This document shows positions 36,660 to 48,975 of a stretch of 64,000 nucleotides of DNA, in pieces (the first letter of the stretch is position 1; each line of letters starts with the position of its first letter). Below the pieces are notes generated by a model. It did no database searches. It was not told the DNA's origin and saw only the letters and a program-made list of their open reading frames with translations. Origin of the DNA: Basidiobolus meristosporus CBS 931.73 (Eukaryota; Fungi; Basidiobolomycota); assembly GCA_002104905.1 (NCBI GenBank), contig MCFE01000492.1:2830-66829 (forward strand), given 5' to 3'. The position numbers and the translations under genes were made by a program.

Positions 36660-37599
36660 ATGATCCCCACCCGCTTGACACTCTTTAGTTTAGTGACTAG
36701 GCTTGCCGTCGTCTACAGTATTGAGGTGAAGGAGATCAAGAACGTGGTGATTTTCGGCGATTCCTACTCTGACCATGAGAATCTTTTCTCGATTGGCATG
36801 AACACCTTTTTCCCGCAAATCTATGTGGAGGGGCATTTTACCAACGGATTAATGTGGCCCGAATACCTGCAGAATCGAACCAGCTGGAATTTCGAGAATT
36901 ACTCGTTTGGCGGCGCTACTGGTATGGGCCCGTTCGATTTGCATCTGCATAGCCTGGTGGATTAACCGAATTTATCCAGTAAGCAACACACTGATTCCTA
37001 CTAACGCAGCTTTTCTGGGAGTGCCTGTCCCAAGCATCGAGCAGCAGATTGCGGCGCATAGGCAAAGGCTACTAAGCAACCCAAACGAACTAGATCACAA
37101 AGATACGCTATATGTGGTGGCTGCCGTTGGGAATGACTACAATTGGGACCGCACCCCTGATCCATCGGAAATCGTGGATCAGCTTGAGAATGCAACAATG
37201 CCGCTTCTCCAACCACCAATCAACGCGGACAAAATCATCTTTTGGAACGGGGGTTTTGAAAAGGTCCCAAGAAACCGAGTGTCCGAATGGAAATACCAAC
37301 TGGCGCTCTTCCAGCGCAAGACCCACAACAAGAGGGTGGACGAGGTCGTGAAGAAGTACCAAGCACTGAAGCCAAATCTGAGGATCAAGATCTTTGACCT
37401 AGATAGACTGCTGACGGATGCGGTGAAGGATCCCCTGTATCCCAACAGTTACGAGCCTTGTATAGTAGCGCACAAGGATGGACACAACTCCATCTGCCAC
37501 TATCCAGAAAAGAGCGTTTTCTGGGATGACATTCACCCAACCACCAGTATTCATCGGGGCTTTGCCCGCGAGATGTTGAGCGTGATCAAAAGTCTATAG
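36660..37599 (+). CDS. Secreted GDSL/SGNH lipase-esterase, one intron
   Basis: Signal peptide, then block I VIFGDSYSD, HFTNGLMWPEYL, block II NYSFGGAT, block III VGNDY and block V FWDDIHPT. The intron (about 36922-36978) splices in frame. Confidence 0.92.
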
Positions 37600-37920
37600 C
37601 CATAATAAACCATGCTTGCAACCATTCTGGGTGCAGATGCAGTACGAGACACCCGCCTGATGCCATTGTTTGGCACACTCATTTGGTGTCACTTTGTGTG
37701 TGCTCACTCGAGCGCATATACCCAGGAAATGGCCATTTTTCTTGGCATCTACTGTGGATAAATGAAATGTTCCCACCACCGTGATACAGAGCTAGAGTGG
37801 TATTTCCCAGGAATATCTTACCGAATAGTTTCGGTACGAAGTGCGCCCTCATTACGTGCCATGTTTGACGATTTTATTGAAACACGGGCATATTGTGCCT
37901 TCTTGGTCCATGCATCCCTT

Positions 37921-39153
37921 CTATCCATTGGTTGGGTTTACGATGTATGCCATGATCAGCGGAACGTCTGTACCTTTTTCCTTGATAATGAAAAAGAATG
38001 GCCGATTGCATTGGAACGTTTTGATTCGCGAAATGAATGGGACTCGCGCCAAAATCGTGTCTAGCGAGAGCCGGAAGAAGCCCCTGGCCTTAGGACCTAG
38101 AAGGAGTTCAATGAGCGATTCGGTTGTATTGTGATTTTAGTTGGTTGCCATACCGCGTTCAATTATCTCCATATGTGCCTGATGCAGATACGCGGGTAGG
38201 GTTTTGGGCTTTGAGGAAAGGTACGGGAAGACGGTGGCTGGATTGAATATTGTGGTCACTTTGGCTCTCTCCAAGTAGGGGCGCAGATTCAGCCGAGCAT
38301 CCAGCTTGAATTTCGGAATGTTGACGTTAATTCGATGCCTCCACCTATTTTTCTTAAGCGCGTTCGACCAATCCCAAGGGCTCATCATTTGGTGAAACTC
38401 ATGCAGCGCCATGGTACTTTTGGGAAGAATGAATGTCGCAGTAAATCTTTGGTCGTCGAAATCCATATCCAAAAGCTGGTACTTGTTATTTTCATAGTAT
38501 GGGTAGGTTTGATCAACTTGACTCATCATTATGGAGTTGAAAAATTTCCCGTTGGGGGCATTGAACCTCTCAACCTTGCGATTCCCTGGAAGAAATGGGT
38601 TGGCCCAACCTGCCGCGAAATGAAGAGTACTCGTCAATAGTAGATCGTCCTTCCTGAAGGTGGCATCCTTTTGTATGATACCAGTAAGCTTCCCACCTGT
38701 AGTTTTTCTCAACCAGGTCTCTACTCCGTGTGGGCTTGGCACTTGATTAAAAGTATCGCACAGTAACTCACGCCGCACGAGATTGCTAAAGCTTTTCTTA
38801 ATGTCTCTCCCCCATAAGGAGTTCGCCAAAATCAGGTCAGCCTTGGTTTGGTTTGCTGAAACAGGCACCTCGTCGAACTTGTCAATCAGATCATAAAAGT
38901 AGGTTTTGAAGAATAACGTGTACACATGAATGTTCTGCTTGTCCTTCGGTTTATACAATCCGAACAGTTGAAGCAACTCCTGCACTGCCTGACTCTTATC
39001 GTAAGAGGCGTACATAAACATAAATAATGCCGAGAAGATAGAAAAGGGGGAAAACATTAAATTAGTATCTACAGCATGGTCTTGTTGGAAGGACCCAAGC
39101 ATGTTCATTCCTAAAGAGGTCACCAGCTCCTGGACTGTGCTGTTAGCATTCAT
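37921..39153 (-). CDS. Serpin, full length (391 aa) after removal of a 57-nt intron at 38097-38153
   Basis: NLMFSPFSIFSAL, LILANSLW, LLLTSTLHFAAGWANPF, FILPK, IPKFKL and HQAHMEIIERG. Exon 2 supplies the RCL and C-terminal strands: PKARGFFRLSLDTILARVPFISRIKTFQCNRPFFFIIKE...LIMAYIVNPTNG*. Confidence 0.9.
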
Positions 39154-39726
39154 TAGATCAAGCCGTAGAGCAGGTTGAAGCGTTCTCTGGGAGTGAACAC
39201 TACTCTTTTTGAGTTACTCTGCACCAGCAACGCTGTTTCAAACGGTTTGTGTTTGGGTCTCGTGGATGAAACTAGTCGCAAAGCCACATGTCGGCCTGAG
39301 GGTGCCTTTCTCTATTGCATAGAAAAGAGACTCGCTTTTCAGAACCATGTGTGCAAGTCGCGAGCGTTGAGAGGACGCTCTGATGGCTCTGGGATATGGC
39401 ATGACAATGCATCGGGCTCCATATTGACAACAGCTTGAATCACCATCAATGCCGTCAAATCAATTGTTAACCATGAGTGTTCTCGTGTGTTAGATTGTAT
39501 GTTCACGTTTTAATGAAAGTAATATGGTGGGGTTATAGATTCAAGGCAACGCCAAGGTGTGTCAACCCATCCAGAAAACCAGTAATGGGTCACCCATCGT
39601 TGAGTATCACCTGCAGGAGGTTGAGAGGCACATGGGCTACACATAGAATTGGCGCCAAGTTAGAGCCTCTCTACGCTTTGTTTGTAAAAAAGGATATGAT
39701 TGAATGCAACGGCAGTGCAAAGGTAG

Positions 39727-41670
39727 CTATCGCTTAGCATCTCCATCTCTAGCTGAAGGCTTCGGAGGAAGCGGGTGAGGTTTGTGATTTGCACTATGAT
39801 TGCGGCCGTGAGAGTGACCCGGCCTATCCCGACGATCCTGAAACGAGGCTCCCCCGCTTCGCTTGCTATCGTTTGGCTGCCGGAAGTTTCCAAACGATTC
39901 GGAGACATCATTGTTTCGGCCAGGCCGATGATGTGAGCTCTCCTGGGCTTTCTCGTCTTGCTTTTGTCGTCTCCTATCAAACTCGTGACTGGCCTCGTAC
40001 ACCGGCAGACTTTTGGTATGAATAGCCCTTGGTTAGTACCACTTTCTTTTGGAGAAATTGCATTGAATCTGACGGTGCCAACGCACTGGTAACGTACTCG
40101 CTTGGATTGGCAGGTAGTGGTTCATACCAGAAGTAATCATGATCCAATCCCTCCTTGGCTGTCAAGCGCTTCTTGGGGTCCAGAGCTAGAAGTTTGTCTA
40201 TCAAATCAACAGCATGGGCACCATATCTGCAACACGAGATTTAGCGACCCTGACCATAACCGAATCCGATACTGCATCTTCACCTCTCAAACTCTTCTCT
40301 CAATTTACGCGCATAAAACTTGAACGATTTGACATTTTCGCAGCCACTGAGGTCCCTCCACCCAGGCATCGAGTCCTCAGATGGTGAGCCACACAGTCGG
40401 AATATCCGATCTAACTGGTCGATATCAGAGCTTCCGGGGAAAATCGGCTTGCCTTTCAGTATCTCGCCAAATACACATCTGCATTAAGCTTATTAACAAA
40501 CATTCGAGCGGCCAAGCGCGTACAATCATCTCGTTTACCCTACGCCCCATATGTCAATGGCTGTGGTGTATTTCTTCTCACCCATGAGTAGTTCGGGTGG
40601 CCGATACCATCTAGTGACGACACAGTTGGTGTACTCTTTTTGCAACTCCACATCATACGGACGGGCCAGGCCGAAATCGGCAATCTTAAGTACCCCTTGG
40701 TTGTTGATTAGCAGATTCGCAGCTGAGAGGCAGGTTAGCGTGCGGTGATCAATGAGGAATAGGCTTCACGAACTGCTCTATGCTTACCCTTCATATCTCT
40801 GTGAAGTATCTTATTCTGGTCAAAGAGGGCAAACTTGGTTGAATAAATGGCGAAGAGAGTGTGGTGTCAGATTAATGATCATACATTGTGAAGATACATC
40901 ATTCCTTCCAACAATTGGCGCATGTACAGCTTGATTTGTGGTACTGTAAAGGTCACATTGGAGTTCTCTAGCAAGCCAGCTAGATCGTGGTCCATGTAGG
41001 GGAATACCATATAGATAGCACCACGCTGTCTGTGTAGCCGGTTACCTAGGGTGGAAACCATAGGGTAAGAAGCAAGTACCACGCAAAGATCCAGCAATGT
41101 TAGAATCATACCTCTTAAGATGGCCATATCTATAAGATTTATCACGTTGTTGTGCTTCAATGACTTCAGTATCTTTATCTCTCGTAGAGCAGTGATTGGA
41201 ACCTGGAGTCACATATTGAAAACAACTGATCAGCCCGCAGTCTAACCAAAGGGCCTTTTGTGGATTACTCACTCCTTCTTTTTCGTTATGCATTAGAATG
41301 CGCTTCAAAGCTACAACTTCACCGGTAGTCTTGTGGCGTGCTTTGTGAACCTCACTTTGTTGTGAGTTCCAAGCTTCGTTAGTGGGGTGTACATTAAGTA
41401 GACCACAGTGGACTTTAAACTTTAGACAGTCACCCACCCAAAAGTCCCTTCGCCGAGTTTATTTTCGATCTCGTACTCCTCGTAACGTGAGCAGCCACGA
41501 AATATTTTAGAGTCCCTTTGCTTGTAGAATGGCGAGGAGGTGCCTGGGCTATTGGCGATGTATGGGGAAGCGGGTACTGTTTGGGAGTTTCCATTGAAAG
41601 GACTATTGCCGTAGTTGGCCGAACGCTTCGCTTCAGGCTCATCGATGAACTCGTCCACAGCTCTCTTCAT
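39727..41670 (-). CDS. BUR1: Bur1/Sgv1 (CDK9) transcription kinase, multi-exon
   Basis: [64 protein letters not shown] and [16 protein letters not shown] motifs, with C-terminal YEASHEFD. Confidence 0.93.
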
Positions 41671-42675
41671 CGCGCAGGCCTGGCGATTTAGTAACTAACG
41701 GTCTTAAGTAAGGCGTTTTATGTTGAAAGGAAAGGACTAGGTCAAGCCAGAAAGTTGAGCACCAACCGTTGCAATCGTACCAAACGTTTTCCTGGCATTA
41801 TCTTGAGAGATTTCCCAAGCGTTTAGCATATGGTTGACGTGATCAATGGCAATGGGCAATGGGCAATGACACGCATTACATAATCCATCGAGTCCCATCG
41901 ATTAATCCGCTTAATTGAAACTGTTACCGGTCCTGGTAATATTTAGAGGGTAGCTCAGGTGGTAATAGCCTTAACTGTTTTAAGATTGATGCTATTTTCG
42001 AGATTATCGAATCGGGTGAATTACGATTACTCGTTATGGAATTGGGCCGTCATGCAGCTCAACGACAATGTGATTAAGCAGGAGCGCTCATCACGCTAGT
42101 GTGCTTCCATGGGGTTACACCGCATCTAGAAGAGTCAAACACCAGAACACCAGCCTATCTTATTTGCACGGCAAGTGAATCGAGAATCACTTGCCTGGTG
42201 GGGGTTGCCATGTGCTAACGATGGTGGATGCTTTTCCTCCATTTGGCTATGGATGCTATGCGCGCGAAGTCGGGTGCCAATCTGATAATAATCGACCCTT
42301 GTAGGCCATATGCTAATAGCCGTCTGGGATGACTCATCGGTGTTGTCATATGGATTCCACGTTCAGCAATATCCGGTTCCTTAGACCAAGTGCTACAGTT
42401 ATTGGACAATGGCAGCTAATTTTTTTCAGTTCTTTTTATGGCTTTTTCTTCTCATATCTGATCAAAATGATATCGACCGTGTGTTCAATTGAAATGCGAC
42501 TCGGATGTGGATGGTTGACAGAGCACAGATGTTAATGTTAGCTGGCCATTTTGCATTCCGGTTACCCAAGGATTTAATTTATTAGCTTGGATCGATGGAG
42601 ATCTCCCTCAAATGTGCTATTTAAATAGACACAAGAGTATGTGTTAAGACCTTTATCAGCATACAGCCTGTGCCA

Positions 42676-43923
42676 ATGGATTACGTTCAGACTCCCAGCG
42701 CTGAGGTGAAAAGTGCAAAGTTCACGTTACCGAACGACGGTAGCTTGCAGCTGTTCGAGAAAGGCTCGACCTTTGCAGATCTACTTTTTGGCTCGGTTTG
42801 TATTTCTTGGTGATTGTCCATATGGTGCCATTTAACCAACTTTCTTTGAAACTGGTAGGTTGCTGGAATGTTGGGAAAGCTCATAGAGTATCCCTTGGAT
42901 ACTGTAAAAGTCCGCCTCCAGTCTCAACCAGCGGGTCACATAATGTTCGAGGGTCCTTGGGACTGTCTGAGAAAGACTGTTCACCACGAGGGGTTTCTTG
43001 GGCTGTATCGAGTACGTTTTCATACCAATGTTTAAGACCGAATAGACTTTCTCACCTAGAGGCTACATTCCATGGTAATAAGGGTCTTTCCTCACCCCTT
43101 GTCGGAGCTATGCTCGAGAATTCGGCCTTATTTGTTGGCTATGCTCAGGGGCAGAAGCTTATTCGAAAATTCCTACGTGGGGAGGACCTGGATGAGGCAG
43201 AGGGGTTACCTGAACTAACCCTTTCGGAGCTGTGTCTGGCTGGAGGATTCTCGGGGATTGCAGCAACTTTTGTGTTGACTCCTATTGAATTAATCAAGTG
43301 CAAACTGCAAGTTCAAGAGGCTCGCATGTACCGAAACTCGGTCTTGGCTGGCAGCCATACGCCTCATTTCTCGGGGCCAATCTCCGTCATTACACACACT
43401 TTGAAGAGCGAAGGTGTGGCTGGGTTTTATCGTGGGAATCTGCCTACCCTGTTCCGTGAAGTCGGCGGAGGAGCCGCTTGGTTTGGGGTTTATGAGGCTA
43501 TTTGTCGGAGGTTAATAACACAGAAGCAGAAAGAAACTAAAACTGGAGAGGTCATAACTAAGGGTTCTCTTGGCGCAGGCCAGCTAATGTTTGCTGGCGC
43601 ACTTGCCGGCATGTCGTACAATTTTGCGCTGTTCCCAGCGGACGTGATCAAATCACAGATGCAAACTGAAATCGAGGTCGCTCCCTCGCAATATTCCCGG
43701 CAGCTCAAGCGCGGCATTCTCCAAATAGCCAAGGAGCTTTATGCCGCGGAAGGAATTCGTGGATTCTACCGTGGCTGTGGAATAACCGTGGCTAAGAGTG
43801 CGCCGACAAGTGCAATCATTTTCTTCACACACGTAAGTCGGATCTATTGACCCTCTATCGGGCCTCCCGTGCTTATTCTTTGTTATTTGCATCCAGGAAA
43901 CACTAACACGGCGATTCACGTGA
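42676..43923 (+). CDS. ORT1: Mitochondrial ornithine/basic amino acid carrier, multi-exon
   Basis: [49 protein letters not shown] and [11 protein letters not shown] motifs; ATG at 42676 recovered by hand splicing. Confidence 0.85.
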
Positions 43924-44174
43924 GCTCGATGGTCCAAAGTATGCCAATGCCGTTGCCGCCATATATTCCCTGATGTATTATCAAATCCTTTCTTTAATCA
44001 AGACCCGATGCACCATACCTCCATCATTATATTAAATCTGTTGTCAATTCAAGTTTCAAAACACCGCCGTACTTGGAAAGTTTTAGCACTGTAGTTAGGG
44101 GCAAATATCTAGATGGCCCAATCCGTTTATTCAATGCTGGAGTGGTGGGGATGGGCGAATCGATATTAGGTAGT

Positions 44175-45668
44175 CTAGTAGTAGAGCGAGCGAGTTAGAT
44201 GGATGGGAATGTCTTTCAATTGCTCAGGATATGCCTTCGCGTAGTCCCAGACGTAAAAGTCGATTAGAATTGGGTTGACTTTACGATATTTAGATTGGTT
44301 CGGGAACTGGTCCATCAGTGTTTGTATTTCCCGACGTAAACACTCAACCGCCCAAATTGAGCATCCACGGATTTCCACTTCCAGTCGATCTCCAGAGGGA
44401 ATAATGGTGTTGCTTCTAAGCAGGGCGAGGAGGTCGCTGGAATACTCCAGAGCATTGAAGTGCACTAAAGCTTGCGGGACTCTGCCCGTCTGGGTGAGAG
44501 GTTGAACAGACGTCTTACATGGTTTTTGACTCTACCTATAATCGGCGAACATGGTGATTTCATCAATATCCATAAACTCTCCTAGGCCTTGCCCTTCGAA
44601 GCATGCCCTACACATATATTCTTAGCACTGGATGTTGAATCCATTCCATCATATGTGACTATAGTACCAAATATCGGCAATAAGTATCTGTGCTCTTTTG
44701 TAGATTTGAACTAAGGTAAGAGGCGGCTATTAATGTCGGGTAAATATGTGGACTGCGAACTAACAACGCACCTTTTCTGCCACGAAAAAGGTGCTCGTCA
44801 CGGTAAGAATTGAAGTTATCCACAATGATATGGAGCAGTTTCATGGCACTTTTCTCGGCCTGCTTGATGCAATTGACAAAAGATCCACCGAATTTCTACA
44901 TACGCAATCCATAAATAAGCGCCCAGCAACCCCAAGACATTTATGAATCTTACCTCTACAAGGACTGTTCCTACTTCGTGAAGTATGGCGAGCCTTTCCG
45001 ATAGTAGAGGTATAGGTTCCTTCGTATCCGATCTAAAGATGTATGAGAGTTGCTCCTCGGTAATATCTTTGAATACTCTAGGGTCGGTGATGGAAACTCC
45101 CTCGGAGATTGCTGCACCATTGTGGACATTTAGCTCATGCGTATCAGAGGCCCTGGAGTCATGGTCCTCCTACCTCTATTTATACTACAACATAAAGTCC
45201 AATATCCACGGTACGTATTTCCCTCATAACTGACTGCATATTGGTCGGCTGAATCATACTCCGACCAGAAAGAGAAATTCAAGGAATCGACCAGGAATAT
45301 CCTCAAAACGTCAGCCATGTTAGAGGGTAACGAAAAGGATTTTGTATGCAAATCGGGATTACCAGTCGATAGCCTGCTCGTTGGCAACCTTTGGGTTCAA
45401 TGGATGCGTTTTCCAGGTTGCCGTGGAGTATTCAGAGGTTTTCATATTTTCAAAGATCTGTTGGTAAAATCGATTATGCCGTGGCCTTCTCACATGTAAG
45501 CCCGGGGAGGATTACCTTTTGGGCTGCTCTTTTGATTCCGTCCTTCGGAACTCCGACATCCTTGCTGTTCTTCAGAAAAGTTACTTCTGTGTTTGGGTCG
45601 AAAAGGTTGGGGAACCAGGTTACCTCGTGAATATATTCGGCACTTGACAAAACTGGGTTGGAGCTCAT
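44175..45668 (-). CDS. QNG1: Queuosine salvage nucleotide N-glycosylase/hydrolase (DUF2419/C9orf64 family), multi-exon
   Basis: IFLVDSLNFSFW, YRGYWTLCCSINR, FYKRAQILIADIW, ITMFADYRVPQAL and EVEIRGCSIWAVE motifs, ending IDFYVWD...PIHLTRSLYY*. The start could alternatively be 45750. Confidence 0.9.
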
Positions 45669-46132
45669 GTTTTAGAGAAAAGCACAAGCTATCTATGAAG
45701 CCCCCAAGATTGAGAAGAGGGTAAAGTTTTTGTTGGGTGGATGTAGCCATAATTCATTGGATTTGGCATAAAAAAAATTCTGAATGTCACTACCAAGGAA
45801 TCCTGTCAGAATCCAGTGGGAATACCAGGTAGAACAGCAAGGCAACACAAATCAACTGTCAATAATATATTGTTGTGTTCCAAAAATCCGTACATTCCGG
45901 ATAATGGCATAATTAATCATTACCTATTAATAGCAAGTGATCAGGCCGCAATTAAAGAACAAGGGTTTTAGTGGCCGCTGAAGGTCAGCTGGTAAAAAAT
46001 CGGTTTCTAATGGATACATAATCGAGGGCGACATGGTCACCCACGATGAAAGAATACAGCAACATGTTGAGATACTATAGACAAGGATGACAGGGCGGTC
46101 ATCGTGAACTACGCTCAAAGAACAGGATGAGG

Positions 46133-47945
46133 TCAAGAACGTAAAAAGTGGATTATGGCCAGTGCTGCAAATAGGTTGACACTGCATATGGTCAGTAAAG
46201 TGGGGGCAGAGGTTGAAGCAGACTACAGATACGACAACCAAACGTGTAAGTATGGTGGATTCGACATGAACGTGGTGATTCTTAACGCGTTTCCTTACCG
46301 CCAATAGAATGAATACGACGTATACGTTCCAGGGGATTGTGAAGAAGTTCATGATGGTGGATCGTGATTCCTCGGGTATATAGGCGCTACGTAAGGTACC
46401 GATCATCGGATAATACATACCACAGCCAAATTCAAAGATATTGAAGCAGAAGAAAATCCAATTCTGAGTCTAAATTTGGGAACGGCACAGTGGTTAGCAC
46501 ACCGGGCTGTAGAGAATTTCGTGACTGCCTTACCGATATCAGTTTGGTGCTGATGAGCGCAGCGCCAGAGATGAAGAATGTGATCTTTCCTATAGTCTTG
46601 GGATTCCATCCAAGGTTTGTTAGGAGCTGGAATACGGAGGAGCCGATCATCATGGACACCATAAAACTGGAGAAAATAATCCCGAAAGGCAACGTGTTGC
46701 TTGCTACAAAAATCCATCTATTCAGCACGGATACTCAACAGAACCTAATGTGATAGGCAACACTACCATCGGCTGCCTCTAGAATAGGCCCCCACAGGGA
46801 AATGATGCTGAACATGGCTCCCTCAAAGAGAGCTTGGACCGCGCCTACCAAGGCGATTCTATGGTCTAGGGGCAGGAACGTGAGAACGCTGTAAACAAAT
46901 CTGCTTGGCTTCTCCGCCCTCACCTTTGATGATGTGTGTTATCCCGCGATACAACGAGTCTCGGGTGGTCTCAAATTTCTACATCAACCCAGAGACGCTT
47001 TAATGGCTGAGCAAATAGTTCACAGATCACTGAAAGCTTACCTCAGTTCCGCCATAATTCTCGTTCCAGAAGATGGTTATCAGTGCTGCACCTAGTCCAA
47101 AACACCCAACAGCAGCATAAAATGGGGCTACTTCTCCAAAGATATCTACAATTGTGTCTGCAAAAAGGCCACAGCTGATGGCAGTAATTCCGTTTAGGTA
47201 GGTGGCCCAGGAAAAGGTTTTTGCCAGTGTAAACGGCGAGAATCCTTTGCAGAGAAGCACCAGAGGAGTCAGTAGCACATTCGAGTCGCAGCTTTAAGTT
47301 TATACTAACCCTCTTTGAAATGCTGGCTAACCATCCAGCTCTCGAAAATGGAATACAGAAGCGACGTACTGATTCCTGCCAATACCTTCCCTACAAATAG
47401 GAACCCCATGACTGGAAAGGTAGCCATGGTGCTTGAAAGGGAATAAAGTAGGGTAAACCACAGGCAGACTCGTTTTCTTCCGCTATACAATTTAATTTTA
47501 AATTCAACAATCCCATAAAAACTTAACTAGAGCTAGTCGACTCTTACTAGTTATCTGCAATCGACCCAAGTAAGGCCCCAAACAAGGCACTTGAAAGGTA
47601 TCCAGTCATGAAGAGAAGCGATATATCATGCATATTCAAACCGTGACTCTTGTATAGTGCATATATGTATGGACCTTGTAGCCAATCACCCGCTGTAGTT
47701 TGAGTTTGTTAAGAATAGCACCAAGATGCCGGCCACATGAAGGTCACCTTACCCATAACTAAGCAATATACCAGCAAGTATTTGTTGCGAAAAGAGCGAT
47801 ATTTAACAGGGTCATGTCTCCCACGCTCTTTGTGCGGATCTTCCTCGTCTAAAGGAAGAGGCTCGGCACTTGCAGAGCGCGAATTGAGAAATGCGAGAAA
47901 AAGGGCTGGAACAGTAAGCCCTATAAACGTTTGTGTAAATATCAT
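46133..47945 (-). CDS. MFSD5 / MOT2-like (DUF791) MFS transporter, multi-exon
   Basis: FRNKYLLVYCLVM, GRKRVCLWFTLLYS...GKVLAGISTSLLYSIFESWMVSQH, QALFEGAMFSIISLWGP, LPFGIIFSSFMVSMMIGS and YIPEESRSTIMNFF motifs. Confidence 0.88.
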
Positions 47946-48819
47946 GATGCCAGAGCCGCAAAAATAGAGAGGTGTGTATTTGGCGAAGCAACTGAGAAAA
48001 AGAGGCTGGAGGGATGCAATAAAGACGTGCTTCCATGTACAGACACATTGTGACTCAATTTGAATTTAAGTGATCAGCTCCCTCCTTATTGCCTCCAGAT
48101 GATGCTATACTGAATGAAAAAGGCGAATGCCGTTTCAAATTATGCAGATAGATCAATATAGTAAAACCGTCCTCATGGGAATTACCACGGGTTCTCGGAA
48201 TCCATTTGCCTTTTCCCATTGGCCATTCAACTTCAGTCTGGGTGAAAATCGCACTGAGCTAGTAACCAAACCGCTTATTATTGGTAATCCATGGCTGTGG
48301 ATGTGGGATTCGTACCGATGGCTGGTAGCAAGTGTTCCCGCCATTGATTAATTGCACATTGCTATCAATTACTGCTGCGTTGCTTCAAGAGCAGCATGAA
48401 ACGCTGAATGACAGCGGCCCAGGGTATTGCTATAGGTGTAATATACAGCCTTTGGTATCAAATATGACAGTGATTGTATGCATTACAAAAACTCGGTTAC
48501 ACTCTAAGCTATTAGCATACGTCTTGCAATCCACCTTCTTGATCTCACTCAGTCATTCCGAAAATGCATAATAAATCCTGTAATATCCGTATGAATTTTT
48601 GACTTGGTTGAGGTTGGCAAGCATTATGTGATTACTTGTTAGAGAGGGCTGTCTGGCACCTGCTTGCATATTAAAAGCTATCATACTCAAGAGCAGCGAC
48701 AAACCTTAACATTTTCCCAACTGCACGTAGCTCCTATAAATATGGTATATCGAAAAGGATGCAGCTATGGCCATCCAACCATCTTTTAGTCAGTATAATA
48801 AGTGAACACACAAGATCAG

Positions 48820-48975
48820 GGGTAGGGCCTTCAGCAAAAGAAGTTGGGACATGGTAACTGGCAGCCGGTCTACTTGGGGGGATACTTTTTGTTTTAAGAA
48901 TGCTGAAATTGTATGACCACTAACAACGATAGACCTTTCCCCGATACCTACTGATACTTCCCTTATTGCTGCAAA
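48820..48975 (+). mobile_element. Possible very old Copia RNase H relic
   Basis: SWDMVTGSRSTWGDTFCFKNAEIV*PLTTIDLS...LIAA loosely follows the DWxxxxxxRSTxGYxF...ISW...TVxLS...YIAA pattern. Confidence 0.25.

Noticed and set aside
38137-39153. Apparently truncated, RCL-less serpin as given in the ORF track
   Set aside because: A 57-nt intron restores the RCL and C-terminal strands in frame.
10645-45668. tRNA-modification cluster (TRM2 plus QNG1)
   Set aside because: More than 30 kb apart with many unrelated genes in between.
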